DNA of 64,000 nt from an uncultured virus (IMG/VR IMGVR_UViG_3300034157_000062) (taxonomy: Duplodnaviria > Heunggongvirae > Uroviricota > Caudoviricetes), in IMG/VR virus record IMGVR_UViG_3300034157_000062. The stretch is one strand, 5' to 3'. Shown here piece by piece: positions 30,711 through 40,982 of the stretch. Numbering within the stretch: position 1 is the first letter of the stretch; each line of letters starts with the position of its first letter. The position numbers were made by a program, and so were the translations under genes. Under the pieces are notes generated by a model, which was given only the letters and a program-made list of their open reading frames with translations, was not told where the DNA came from and did not search any database.

Positions 30711-32984
30711 ATGAATAATAATAATAAATACATTAAAGTGCTTCTTTTAAGTTCTTTAACAGCTTCTCTGTTTGCCGTTACACAAGCAAGTTATTTAATT
30801 GAATATAACTTAAAAGATCAACCGATAAAATTTAAAGATATTACGGCATATCCATCTCTGTACGGTGATTGGATAAAATCAGGTAGCGTTTTTGATTGTA
30901 TCAACTGGAATCCAGATCCGGCTACCATTAAATATGGAACTGTTTTTGAACAGTCATCAAATGAGTGCATTCAAAAAGAAACTAGACTAGTGACATTGAG
31001 AGAGTTAGAAAAGAATACACAGGTTATTAAAATAGTAGGAACCAAAAATGAAATTAGAATACTTGCGGGTCATAACTCAAGATCAAATACTGGCACATTA
31101 GAGAATTGGATAGCTACAACTCCATTATATGGTGAATGGCTTGATTCTGGTATCATTTTAAATTGTTCAAATTGGTCACCATCACCTGCTACAATTACGA
31201 TTAATCAAATCTACTTACAAACCGCAACCGATTGTTCTCAAAATCAAACGAGATCCAAACAAAATAGAGAACTTGGAGAAAATACACAAGTTGTTAGAAA
31301 TATAGGCACAGAAACATCTGAAAGTAGAGTTATCACTGTTAATAATACGAGACAAGGCGTAGGTACAAAAGAAAGTTGGTTGGCTATTGAATCCTTGTAT
31401 ACAGATTGGAGCAATGTTGATTCAATTTATAATTGTTCAAATTGGTCACCAGCCGAATCCACTATTACAGTAGGTCAATCATTTACACAAACTGCAACTG
31501 ACTGTAAGCAAAATCAAACCAGAACTCGACAAGATCGTGAACAAGAGATCACGACTCATGATATTAAAAATTTGGGCGACAGTATAGTTGAGACTAACAT
31601 TATTACTGTATCTTCAACACGAGATGCGACTGGTTCAAAAGAAACGTGGGTTGCAGCAACCCCAACTTACACTGATTGGGTTAATAATGGAGCGATTAAT
31701 AGTTGTACAAATTGGTCACCAGCCGTTACCAGTATGACTGTTGGACAAAACTTTACGCAAACCGCTACGGATTGTAAACAGAGCCAATCAAGAAATAGAC
31801 AAAATCGTGAACAAGAAAACACAACAAATGATTTCAGAAATGTAGGTGCAGTTATACCAGAATCTCAGTCTATCACTGTTTCATCAACAAGGTCAGCCGT
31901 TGGGACTAAAGAAACTTGGGTGGCTATTACGCCAACATATAGTGCTTGGGTTAATAATGGAGGGGTTACAAGTTGTACAAACTGGTCACCAGCCGTTACC
32001 AGTATGACTGTTGGACAATCTTTTACACAAACAGCCACTGATTGTCAACAAGCTCAACTTCGTGATAGACAAGATCGTGAGCAAGAGACTACTACAAATG
32101 CGGTTAGAAACGTTGGATCAGTTGTGGTAGAACCTCAAACAATTTCTGTTTCCTCAACAAGAACAGCGATTGGAACTAAAGAAACTTGGGTGGCGGCTAC
32201 TCCAATATATGGCAACTATACAGTAACTAACAACTTATACAATTGCACTAACTGGACGCCAACAGGAGCGTCTAAAACTGTATCGGGAACTTTTACTCAG
32301 ACTGCCACAAATTGTGCAACTGATAGAACAAGAACTGTTCAAAACAGAGAGCAGGAAACAACCACACTTGCTTACAGAAACGTTGGATCGAGTGTAGCTG
32401 CTCCAGAGACATTGATTAATCAGACTGCAACAAGAAACTATACAGTAACGGTTGGAAGTTGGGTAAACAATGGTTCTATCACTAACTGCACAAACTGGTC
32501 ACCAGCAACAGGTGCTGTTAATAAAGCTATCGGCTTTACACAAACTGCTACTGATTGTCAAATACCACAAACTAGAACTCGTGTTGAACAATATGTTGAT
32601 CACAAAACAAGTGCGACAGTTACAGTAGTTAATACAAACGAAAATCAAACAGGTATTACTTCTAACACGAGAGCAGCCGTGGGAACAAATGCTGTAAGAC
32701 AATGTTCTTATAATAAAGACGCAAACGTAGGTAACTGGAGATATTGGGCAGAAGGTAATTCTATTTGGACGGGTTCATCAATACCTAATACTCCATCCGT
32801 ATGGGCAAGATTGTTTGACTTTGTTGTTCCATTCTCAAGTCCTATACAAGTAGTTCCAAATATGGTAAAAATATCAGATGTTGAAATTCGTTATTCTTAT
32901 GGAAGCTATACTTGGAGTATTACAAGAGGTGCCTATTTAGGCGTAATAGAAGGATACCAAATGTATCAAGTATGTATCCAGTAA
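30711..32984 (+). CDS. secreted Thr/Trp/Cys-rich repeat protein (7 repeats), putative adhesin or fibre
   Basis: signal peptide; seven C-x-NW-x-P...TQTATDC units; unique C-terminal domain ending YQVCIQ. Confidence 0.8.
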   Translation: MNNNNKYIKVLLLSSLTASLFAVTQASYLIEYNLKDQPIKFKDITAYPSLYGDWIKSGSVFDCINWNPDPATIKYGTVFEQSSNECIQKETRLVTLRELEKNTQVIKIVGTKNEIRILAGHNSRSNTGTLENWIATTPLYGEWLDSGIILNCSNWSPSPATITINQIYLQTATDCSQNQTRSKQNRELGENTQVVRNIGTETSESRVITVNNTRQGVGTKESWLAIESLYTDWSNVDSIYNCSNWSPAESTITVGQSFTQTATDCKQNQTRTRQDREQEITTHDIKNLGDSIVETNIITVSSTRDATGSKETWVAATPTYTDWVNNGAINSCTNWSPAVTSMTVGQNFTQTATDCKQSQSRNRQNREQENTTNDFRNVGAVIPESQSITVSSTRSAVGTKETWVAITPTYSAWVNNGGVTSCTNWSPAVTSMTVGQSFTQTATDCQQAQLRDRQDREQETTTNAVRNVGSVVVEPQTISVSSTRTAIGTKETWVAATPIYGNYTVTNNLYNCTNWTPTGASKTVSGTFTQTATNCATDRTRTVQNREQETTTLAYRNVGSSVAAPETLINQTATRNYTVTVGSWVNNGSITNCTNWSPATGAVNKAIGFTQTATDCQIPQTRTRVEQYVDHKTSATVTVVNTNENQTGITSNTRAAVGTNAVRQCSYNKDANVGNWRYWAEGNSIWTGSSIPNTPSVWARLFDFVVPFSSPIQVVPNMVKISDVEIRYSYGSYTWSITRGAYLGVIEGYQMYQVCIQ
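31100..32690 (+). repeat. intragenic tandem repeat, mostly 270-bp period
   Basis: A(T/C)TGGTCACCA at 31171, 31441, 31711, 31981. Confidence 0.85.
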
Positions 32985-33131
32985 ATGAAGTCTACAATAA
33001 ATTAAACCGCCATCAGGCGGTTTTTTCATCTTGTGGTTTCAATTCAATTATTATGAAAAACTATTGCCATTTTTAATTAAAAATGTTATTATAGTGTTCA
33101 AATTTTTATAATGATTATCTGGAGATAATGT

Positions 33132-34199
33132 ATGTCATATAATGCAGTAAGACAATCCAATGAAGAAACATCTCTGAAAGATATATTGGCTGTAATTTTA
33201 GAGAACTTTGGTGTTAGTAAACAAGAGACTGACAACCTTGTATCTCTTCTGGATACTCAGAGTAAATCAATTATAAATGAAAATGAAAACTATTTATTTA
33301 AGTTTGAGAATAACGAAATAAAATTTGATTTTGGTTCAGACATTAATGATGCAATAAAATCATCTTACATCATGATTTATTTGAATGACTCATTCGATAT
33401 GAAAAAAATAGAACTTCATTTTTTCACAGATAACTCAAAGGAAATAGTCATTGCTAATTATAATAGTGAGTATGAATTTATAGATTTAAAATATGATAAC
33501 CCAGAGATGAGAAAAATAAAAGAACGTATAAAAATTGAACAGGAACAACAGGAACTTCAAAAATTAGAAAGACAAAAACAAATGGAAGAAGCTATTTTAT
33601 TTACAAGAATTGAAAAAAATAAAAAAATTATTGGTGCTATAAAAAGTAAATTAAAAATCCTTAACGACACATCCAACGATTTTGAATATGTTTGTAATAA
33701 CTTTTTGTTAAACGGTGTTGAGTATAAAGAATGGAAGATAAATAATCATAAAAAATTTACAATATGGGAATCTGACAAGGACAAAAAATTATCAATTAGT
33801 ACAAATATTTTTAACACAGGTATTTTTCCTGTAAATTCAAGTTTTGTTGTCCAAAAATGTGATATATTATTTGATGCAGATATGAAAATTTCAAATTTTA
33901 ACTTTATAATAAAACAAGTAAAACTGGGTGATTACTGGATGTATTCATTTGACCTTGATTCAAATTTCAATTTAATAAAATTTTATCGTATTGATATGAT
34001 TCATAAAAAAATGAAATCAACTGATGAAATCTGTGATAGTTTAACTTTTGAAGAATTAGTTTTCATTTTAAAATTTAAGTTAAGTGATAATGATGCCATT
34101 TATGAGATTATTCCAGAAGTTGTTGTGCCTTCTGCATATGATTTCAATTCAGAAGATTTTAATAAACGTTTGTTAATTGCTGAAATGTTATTGGTTTGA
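33132..34199 (+). CDS. hypothetical protein, paralog of ORF 34229; Met(-4) motif
   Basis: shared PSAYDFNS-x-DF; ends IAEMLLV. Confidence 0.75.
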   Translation: MSYNAVRQSNEETSLKDILAVILENFGVSKQETDNLVSLLDTQSKSIINENENYLFKFENNEIKFDFGSDINDAIKSSYIMIYLNDSFDMKKIELHFFTDNSKEIVIANYNSEYEFIDLKYDNPEMRKIKERIKIEQEQQELQKLERQKQMEEAILFTRIEKNKKIIGAIKSKLKILNDTSNDFEYVCNNFLLNGVEYKEWKINNHKKFTIWESDKDKKLSISTNIFNTGIFPVNSSFVVQKCDILFDADMKISNFNFIIKQVKLGDYWMYSFDLDSNFNLIKFYRIDMIHKKMKSTDEICDSLTFEELVFILKFKLSDNDAIYEIIPEVVVPSAYDFNSEDFNKRLLIAEMLLV

Positions 34200-34228
34200 T
34201 GATTATTTAATGACTACGAGGATTTTGT

Positions 34229-35218
34229 ATGTTACACAAAAGATATGATAACAAAGAAGAAAATATTCAAATAATAAAGGATAGCTTAACCTATGTTTTG
34301 AAGACATTGGGAGCACCTGATCACTTCATTTCGACTTCTCTGGATAACATTGATTCTGAATGCCTTAGTTATTCTTTTCCTAATGATTTCATCAATGCTG
34401 ATTTTGGCGATGATACTAATAAGTCAATTACATCTTCAACTATTATTACACATTTTAATACGTTAGCAGCCTTATACAAAGTCCATGTAGAGTTTAGAGA
34501 TGAGTTAAAAAAATCAACAATGGTAATGATTTATAATGCAGATATGGAATTTGTTGACTATCAGTTTAAGGATGATATTCCAAGCAGACATAGATATTAT
34601 CAAACTCTTTGTGATATGGAGTTTGAGTTAAAACGATTATTGGTTACTCAATTAAAAAGAATATCTAGTGCATTTAAGTGCAATGAATCACTACTTGAAA
34701 AATTCATTGATCAAATATACCTGACAAAAAATCATGATTATACATCCGTTGGTAAAAATAATAAAAATAGAAAATTTGATTTGTCTTATAGTGACAAAAA
34801 GTTTACAATAAAGACTAATATATTTTCGGTAGATGTTGATTACTTTAACAGTTCAAAATTTGACATGCATTGTGATATAGCATTTGATACGTCTACAAAA
34901 ATACAAAAGGTAATCTTTATCTTTCAATCAAAATCAGTAGATAGATTTAAGCTTACACAAGACATTATTTCATTTGATAAACAATTAAACCTTATAAAGT
35001 ATGAAAAAAAATATTTTGTAGATCATAATATAAGAATAGATTTAATTCCAACGTATGGCTTAATAAATGAAGATTTTTTATTTCTCCTTAACTTAAAGTT
35101 CTGTCCACATAATGAAATTAATGATGTATTACCTGAATTAACTATTCCATCAGCTTATGATTTCAATTCAATTGATTTTAAGAATAGGTTGAATACTGCA
35201 GAGATGTTGTTGTTTTAA
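34229..35218 (+). CDS. hypothetical protein, paralog of ORF 33132; Met(-4) motif
   Basis: ends PSAYDFNSIDFKNRLNTAEMLLF. Confidence 0.75.
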   Translation: MLHKRYDNKEENIQIIKDSLTYVLKTLGAPDHFISTSLDNIDSECLSYSFPNDFINADFGDDTNKSITSSTIITHFNTLAALYKVHVEFRDELKKSTMVMIYNADMEFVDYQFKDDIPSRHRYYQTLCDMEFELKRLLVTQLKRISSAFKCNESLLEKFIDQIYLTKNHDYTSVGKNNKNRKFDLSYSDKKFTIKTNIFSVDVDYFNSSKFDMHCDIAFDTSTKIQKVIFIFQSKSVDRFKLTQDIISFDKQLNLIKYEKKYFVDHNIRIDLIPTYGLINEDFLFLLNLKFCPHNEINDVLPELTIPSAYDFNSIDFKNRLNTAEMLLF

Positions 35219-35279
35219 TAATATAACTAGTCAACAAAGAAAACCCGCCTTCATAGCGGGTTGTTTTTTTGATTACTTT

Positions 35280-35738
35280 TCAATCAGTTTCCTCTTCAAT
35301 CACTTCAATGACTTTTTCCATAAAGAATGTTAAATCGCAGATTAATGCATTTTTGTAGTTGTCATCTTCCATATTGACAATCTCATGAATAGAATCAACA
35401 ACTGCAACAAATAACGGCTCGTTTTCTTCGTATTTTTTTATTACAAACGATGTCTGTGCATTAAAGATGTCAACAGCACTTTCGCCAAGGTAAGGTTTTA
35501 AATCTTTAAAGTAATTTGTTATCTGAGTGATAGTGGTCATTTCTTCAAAACTATCAAATTCACACAGCTCATAAAGGTTGTTCAAATAATGATCCAGTAT
35601 TTCGTCTACTTTTTCAATTGAAGTGTTGTTGATTAATTCAATCATGCCATGTCGTAATCGTTCAGCATCTTTTGAGCAGATATCACCTAGTTTATAGCTT
35701 TTAACTTTCTTAATTAGAAGATCTTTAATATTAGACAT
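35280..35738 (-). CDS. acidic hypothetical protein
   Basis: 152 aa, GAGGTG RBS. Confidence 0.7.
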   Translation of the reverse strand: MSNIKDLLIKKVKSYKLGDICSKDAERLRHGMIELINNTSIEKVDEILDHYLNNLYELCEFDSFEEMTTITQITNYFKDLKPYLGESAVDIFNAQTSFVIKKYEENEPLFVAVVDSIHEIVNMEDDNYKNALICDLTFFMEKVIEVIEEETD

Positions 35739-35842
35739 GACTGCACCTCATTATGAGACATTATTCTACAATAACAGAGTATAAAAGTCAATTTAATACA
35801 ATACAGAGCCTAAAATAAATATCATAATATTAAAAGAAAAGC

Positions 35843-35871
35843 TTGATTAAATGTATAAAATACCGTATACT
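35843..35871 (+). promoter_or_regulatory. sigma70 promoter of proS leader
   Basis: TTGATT-17 nt-TATACT. Confidence 0.65.
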
Positions 35872-35896
35872 AGGTCAATACATAGGAAATCATAAA

Positions 35897-35959
35897 ATGA
35901 AAACTAATATTGCATTATTCAAAACTATTCGACCTCTACCGCTCATGATAGGCGGCTAA
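35897..35959 (+). CDS. proS leader peptide MKTNIALFKTIRPLPLMIGG
   Basis: AGGA RBS; Pro codons CCT and CCG; followed by attenuator hairpins. Confidence 0.75.
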   Translation: MKTNIALFKTIRPLPLMIGG

Positions 35960-36009
35960 GACTCTATTTGCTTCTAAATTGACCTTAACGCCTATTATGG
36001 GCGTTTTTT
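35939..36009 (+). promoter_or_regulatory. transcription attenuator upstream of proS
   Basis: terminator AACGCCTA-TTA-TGGGCGTT-TTTT (35987-36009); its 5' arm CGCCTAT is complementary to leader ATAGGCG; CCGC/GCGG upstream hairpin. Confidence 0.75.
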
Positions 36010-36069
36010 ATTGCTCAAAATAAACGATTACAACACAATAAAATAAATCAATTTAAGAGGATACATATC

Positions 36070-37200
36070 ATGAAATTTTCAAACATATTTTTTAACAACA
36101 GTTCTTTCGCTAAAGACAACACATCATTGAACTTGGTAGACTTAACAAAGAAAGCGTGCTTCTTTAACCAAGATTCATCTGGGATTTATTCAACGTTGTC
36201 ATTAGGCTATATCTTAGAGAAGAAGATAGAACGCATCATCGAAGAAGAATTATCAGAGATAGGTTTTTCACAAATGCGTTTAAGTTTAATTCAAGACGCT
36301 GATTTGTGGAAAGAAACGGGCCGATATGATCAATACGGTGAAGAACTATTCAAATTAAAAAACAGGGCTGGAAAAGAACTTGTTTTGAGTGCTACTTGTG
36401 AAGAATCCATCACGAACATTGTAAAGTCTTATTACAATTTCACTAAAACTAATTTGAAGATGTTCCAAATAGGCAATAAGTATAGAGATGAGTTAAGAGC
36501 TAAGTCTGGGTTAGTACGTGGCCGTGAGTTCTTAATGTCAGATGCTTATCATTTCTCTAACAGTAAAGAGAATATTGTCACAACTTACAATGAAGTCAGA
36601 GAGGCTTACACCAGAATATTTAGCCGTTTAGGTTTAGAGTTTCACATTCAAGGATCAGATGTAGGAGAAATGGGTGGATTAGCTTCCGAAGAATTCCGTT
36701 GCATTAGCGAATTTGGTGAAGACATTGGTGAAGATGGCAGTAAGAACCTTGAAATAGGTCACATCTTTAACTTGGGCACTCACTACTCTGAGAAAATGGG
36801 TTTGTTGGATAATATTAAGCAACACGTTAATATGGCTTGCTTTGGTATTGGTGTATCCAGAACATTGATGGCTTTGTTAGAGAAACAGAGAGATGACAAA
36901 GGTTTCTTTGGTACTGCAGCATTCAATACCTTTGATTACATTATCACAGCCATTGATTATGAGAAGAATAAAGAAGTTGCTGACTCTATTTATCAATCAT
37001 TAAAGAAACAAGGCTATACTGTGTTATTAGATGATAGAAATGTATCGGCTGGTAATAAGTTCAATGACAGTGAATTGATTGGCGTTAGTAATAGAATTAT
37101 TGTCAGTAACAAAAGTATTATTGCCAACGAATACGAAGTTTTAAACAGAGAAACAAATGTTGCGAAAACAGTGAGCCTTGAAACGTTAAAAACATTGTAA
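36070..37200 (+). CDS. proS: prolyl-tRNA synthetase, short form without INS editing domain
   Basis: LWKETGRY, ATCEE, KYRDELR...GREFLMSDAY, LEIGHIF, FGIGVSR, LLDDR anticodon-binding domain. Confidence 0.92.
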   Translation: MKFSNIFFNNSSFAKDNTSLNLVDLTKKACFFNQDSSGIYSTLSLGYILEKKIERIIEEELSEIGFSQMRLSLIQDADLWKETGRYDQYGEELFKLKNRAGKELVLSATCEESITNIVKSYYNFTKTNLKMFQIGNKYRDELRAKSGLVRGREFLMSDAYHFSNSKENIVTTYNEVREAYTRIFSRLGLEFHIQGSDVGEMGGLASEEFRCISEFGEDIGEDGSKNLEIGHIFNLGTHYSEKMGLLDNIKQHVNMACFGIGVSRTLMALLEKQRDDKGFFGTAAFNTFDYIITAIDYEKNKEVADSIYQSLKKQGYTVLLDDRNVSAGNKFNDSELIGVSNRIIVSNKSIIANEYEVLNRETNVAKTVSLETLKTL

Positions 37201-37261
37201 TAGTGACGGATAGATAAACAAAAACCAGCTTAGGCTGGTTTTGTTATGTCAAATAATACTT

Positions 37262-37981
37262 TTACAACCTATGTAAGAAGGTAAGTTTTTCTGATGATAG
37301 TTGTTGTTTTGATTCTTTTTGGTATGCCAATGCATAGGTTTTGAAAGTATCATATTCTTCCAGTGTGACATAATTATCTTTTCTGATTATTTTAAACTGG
37401 TTAACCAGTTCTGGTATTCCGATTTCATTAACAAGAGCCATTTTATCTATCATTGTATTTGCGGAGAGTCCTTCTACTTTTTTATTTACAATGTCTCTGC
37501 TACCTTTTGGATAATATGCATTCAGTGTAGCGTAATCTTTATTATCAATTGCGGATCTTAAAGCCTTCCCTTCTGTTGAGTTTTGAAAGTATATATTAGC
37601 TTCATTTAGCTTTTCATATTTTTCATTAAATTCATTTTTAACATAGTTTTCGGATGAAGTTGAGTGTAGCATTGCGATTACTAAGAATGTTGGCACGGAG
37701 CAAAAAAATATACCTAATATTTTTTTAGTGTTTGTATTAAAAAAATCATGGATAAACACTGGAATCATATAGAAAATCATTAATAACATTGATAATCCGA
37801 ATACAATAACAGTATGGTCATTATACATCGCTATTTGTGATGACATTGCTGTATCTTGTACATATATCATCAGATGATGCGGTAAAAAATAAAATAATGC
37901 ATATCCAAAAATTATTAAAATAGCTATTCCACCTAGGACACCATTATTAAAAATGGCAATATCAACCAATAAATCAAACAT
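37262..37981 (-). CDS. membrane protein (three N-terminal TM segments)
   Basis: hydrophobic N-terminal 105 aa; AGGAG RBS. Confidence 0.7.
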   Translation of the reverse strand: MFDLLVDIAIFNNGVLGGIAILIIFGYALFYFLPHHLMIYVQDTAMSSQIAMYNDHTVIVFGLSMLLMIFYMIPVFIHDFFNTNTKKILGIFFCSVPTFLVIAMLHSTSSENYVKNEFNEKYEKLNEANIYFQNSTEGKALRSAIDNKDYATLNAYYPKGSRDIVNKKVEGLSANTMIDKMALVNEIGIPELVNQFKIIRKDNYVTLEEYDTFKTYALAYQKESKQQLSSEKLTFLHRL

Positions 37982-38046
37982 AATAAAACTCCTTTTTATT
38001 ATGAAATTTTACAGTTATTAATGAGCAAGTCAAGAAAATTTTAATG

Positions 38047-38994
38047 TTATATTTTAAGCATTTTAATAACTGTAAGGTAATCCTTTAATGCTTCTGCTGA
38101 TTTAAATTCATCTGTTGTTCCATTGTTTTCTAATCCCACACAACTTTCAATGAAATATGCAAATATTGGGTTATAAAAAACTTCATAGTTCTTTATTAAA
38201 TAATCAAGTACTATATTCTTTTCATTTATCGAAAAATTATAATTTTTTAAGATTGTGGGTTGAATTTCTTCATTATCTTTATGTTGAAGTTTTAATTTTA
38301 AATCAGATTCGGTACAAAGATATATATTATCAGAAACACTAATTAAATGAATGAATACCTTGTCGATAGTTGTTTTATAGAGTTGAATCTGATGTTTAAT
38401 GCTATCGTTTAATTTAATAACATCATCACCGACAAAGCTATCTAAATTAGCTATATCTATTATATAGTAAGGATTATCTTGTAAATATAAAACGTTACTC
38501 TTCATTGTGACATTATTAATAAAATTATTTACTTTTAATAACCTAATCGTAGCATCTTGCCCCATCGTGGCACTACGAAGGCAATAAGAACCACACAATG
38601 GAATATTAATATTATCAATAAAGTCGTCATGAAAAAATTCTGTTTTTAAAATATTTTTAATATGACGATTAAAATAAGTGTTTAAGAATTTTATTCCATC
38701 TATCTCAATTGTTTTATAATTATTCTCAGGTACACAAATAGGATTTAAAGCAATTAAATTACCTGCTGATCTTACTCTAATGTTGATTCCATTTATACCT
38801 TTTGATAGATGGATATCACTTATGATGGGATGTTTTAATAGTATATAGCTTAAAACATCTTTAAGCTCTTCTTTTGTTTTTGTATTGTAGTAAGTCTTAT
38901 TTTTACAAATAAATTCAATAGCCGACATATCTGTTCCTAATAATTTTAGGAAACTATTTGCAACGGTCATCTCATGTTTTTCAATTGTTAACAT
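38047..38994 (-). CDS. paralog 4 of 4, PilT/GspE N-domain-like segment; Met(-4) motif
   Basis: SDIHLSKG...IRVR..G; ends YLTVIKMLKI. Confidence 0.7.
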   Translation of the reverse strand: MLTIEKHEMTVANSFLKLLGTDMSAIEFICKNKTYYNTKTKEELKDVLSYILLKHPIISDIHLSKGINGINIRVRSAGNLIALNPICVPENNYKTIEIDGIKFLNTYFNRHIKNILKTEFFHDDFIDNINIPLCGSYCLRSATMGQDATIRLLKVNNFINNVTMKSNVLYLQDNPYYIIDIANLDSFVGDDVIKLNDSIKHQIQLYKTTIDKVFIHLISVSDNIYLCTESDLKLKLQHKDNEEIQPTILKNYNFSINEKNIVLDYLIKNYEVFYNPIFAYFIESCVGLENNGTTDEFKSAEALKDYLTVIKMLKI

Positions 38995-39022
38995 ATTTAT
39001 TATTTCATCCTTATTATTCGAT

Positions 39023-39982
39023 TTATACTTTTATCATGTCAAGTGTTGTTAAATAATTTTTAAAGGCTTCTGGTGTCTTGAATTCTCCAATTAACGGGTC
39101 AAATTTTACTTGTGTCACATCTTCGATAAAAGCAGTAAAAATAGGGTCATAGAAATCGCTGTAATGTTTCAAGACATACTTTAAAATAGTTTTATTCATT
39201 TCTACCCTACCAATGCTGTAAGTATTAGGAATGATTACATTTATAGTATTGTTTCCCATGTATTCTAAAACAATTTTAATTTTGTTATATTTATAGATAT
39301 TTAATTTACCTTTAAATTTATTAAACATTTTATCAAGTTTACTTTCATAAAGATCGATTTTAGTTTGTATTTCAGGTGTGAATGTAACACCACTATTATG
39401 AATAAAACCTCCATTTATTAACTCAGCTTCGATAGTATAAATCGGATTTTCTTTTATTTGCAGTATATTATAATTAATATCAGTAGAGGTGTTGTTTTTA
39501 TTTTTAAGTATTCTTGTAATCCCATCATGTCCACAAGATGAGCTTCTTAGTCTATACATGCCAAACATTGGTATATCTAGATCACTATAAAAATCATAAG
39601 TTTGTCCAGTTTCCATTGAACTTGGACCTCTAATTTGTTCCAAAATATCTTTGAAGACATCTATAGCAAATGACTGGTTGTTAATCTTAGCTATTGCATA
39701 GTTATCATTAGCTGCAATGGTTATGGGGATGTCATGCATGTTACCATTTTTTCGAACTCTTAACCTTATTATTTTTTGATAAGAATCAAAGTTGAAATGA
39801 AGATCTGTTATATCCTTATAATTAACTAAAATATAAGTTAAAAAATGGTTAATAGTTTCTTTTGTTTTTGCATTGTAAAAAAAGTTATCTTTTTCAATAT
39901 AATCAATCGAACTTAAATCAGTATTAAGTAGACTTAAAAACTCATTTATTTTATCAAGATCATTGTTTTCAATTTTTAGCAT
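39023..39982 (-). CDS. paralog 3 of 4; Met(-4) motif
   Basis: TDLHF...RLRVRKNG; ends YLTTLDMIKV. Confidence 0.7.
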   Translation of the reverse strand: MLKIENNDLDKINEFLSLLNTDLSSIDYIEKDNFFYNAKTKETINHFLTYILVNYKDITDLHFNFDSYQKIIRLRVRKNGNMHDIPITIAANDNYAIAKINNQSFAIDVFKDILEQIRGPSSMETGQTYDFYSDLDIPMFGMYRLRSSSCGHDGITRILKNKNNTSTDINYNILQIKENPIYTIEAELINGGFIHNSGVTFTPEIQTKIDLYESKLDKMFNKFKGKLNIYKYNKIKIVLEYMGNNTINVIIPNTYSIGRVEMNKTILKYVLKHYSDFYDPIFTAFIEDVTQVKFDPLIGEFKTPEAFKNYLTTLDMIKV

Positions 39983-39999
39983 GACATCTATACCTCTTA

Positions 40000-40962
40000 T
40001 TATACTTTAATCATTTCTAGTGTTGTTAAGTAATTTTTGAAACATTCAGGATCTTTAAAATCTTCCAGTAATGAATCAGATTTTATTTCAGTGATGGTTT
40101 CTATCAGAGTCTTAAATATAGGCTTATAAAAAGATTTGTAGTTTTCTTTTAAATAAGCTAATAAAATTGAGCGGCTTCCATTATCTGATTTCAAGTAATG
40201 TTCGTAGTTACCATAAACATCAACAGTTATCGATCCAAATTTATCATATTCTAAACCAATAGATAATTTATTAGTCATATAATAACTGGTTACTTCACAA
40301 TGAGCATGTAACTTGTTTGTTTCTTCAATATAAAAATAGATATCATCTTCAATTTTTTTAGGTAGTTTGAAATGTGAGTTTTCAATAATCAATCCATCTT
40401 TAATTTTTAAATCAATTTTATAGAGAAGATTTCCATCTAAATTTAACCAATTAATGTTTGTAGCATAGAAAGGAAGAATTGTTGGTATTTTTATTATTCT
40501 AAATGCCGTAGAACTCTCCATCATTGCACTTATTATTACATATAAACCAAAATCTGGAATATACACTATGTCAGACGTATTGTTATCATCTATTTTTTTT
40601 GATATTAATCTTTGAATGTGGTCTTTAAAAAAAACTGTTGAAAATGAGAGTTTATTAATTCTTGCTGTTTCGTAATTATCAAATTTGTTAATTTCTATAT
40701 CAGTGAGGTGCCATGCTCCCATTTCTCTATACATAACATTAATCTTATTGGTGTTGTTGGTTTTAATAAGCAGGTCGCTTGTGTTGTTATAATTTTTCAG
40801 CATATAACTTAAAAAATCATGATCGGCTGTTAATTCAGCAGTAGTATATAATTCGTTATTTTTAATCACGTAATCAATAGATGAAAAATCAGTAGATATG
40901 ATATTTAAAAATTTATTAATTCTGTCTAGCTGCGTATCATTAATTTTTATCATTTTAAGCAC
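40000..40962 (-). CDS. paralog 2 of 4; Met(-4) motif
   Basis: ends YLTTLEMIKV. Confidence 0.7.
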   Translation of the reverse strand: MLKMIKINDTQLDRINKFLNIISTDFSSIDYVIKNNELYTTAELTADHDFLSYMLKNYNNTSDLLIKTNNTNKINVMYREMGAWHLTDIEINKFDNYETARINKLSFSTVFFKDHIQRLISKKIDDNNTSDIVYIPDFGLYVIISAMMESSTAFRIIKIPTILPFYATNINWLNLDGNLLYKIDLKIKDGLIIENSHFKLPKKIEDDIYFYIEETNKLHAHCEVTSYYMTNKLSIGLEYDKFGSITVDVYGNYEHYLKSDNGSRSILLAYLKENYKSFYKPIFKTLIETITEIKSDSLLEDFKDPECFKNYLTTLEMIKV

Positions 40963-40982
40963 CTTTTTAATCTAAGTTTTTG

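Noticed and set aside
31100..32690. Periodic repeats as a CRISPR array
   Set aside because: 270-bp in-frame degenerate protein repeats with no spacer structure; no cas genes seen. No CRISPR array was found in the window.
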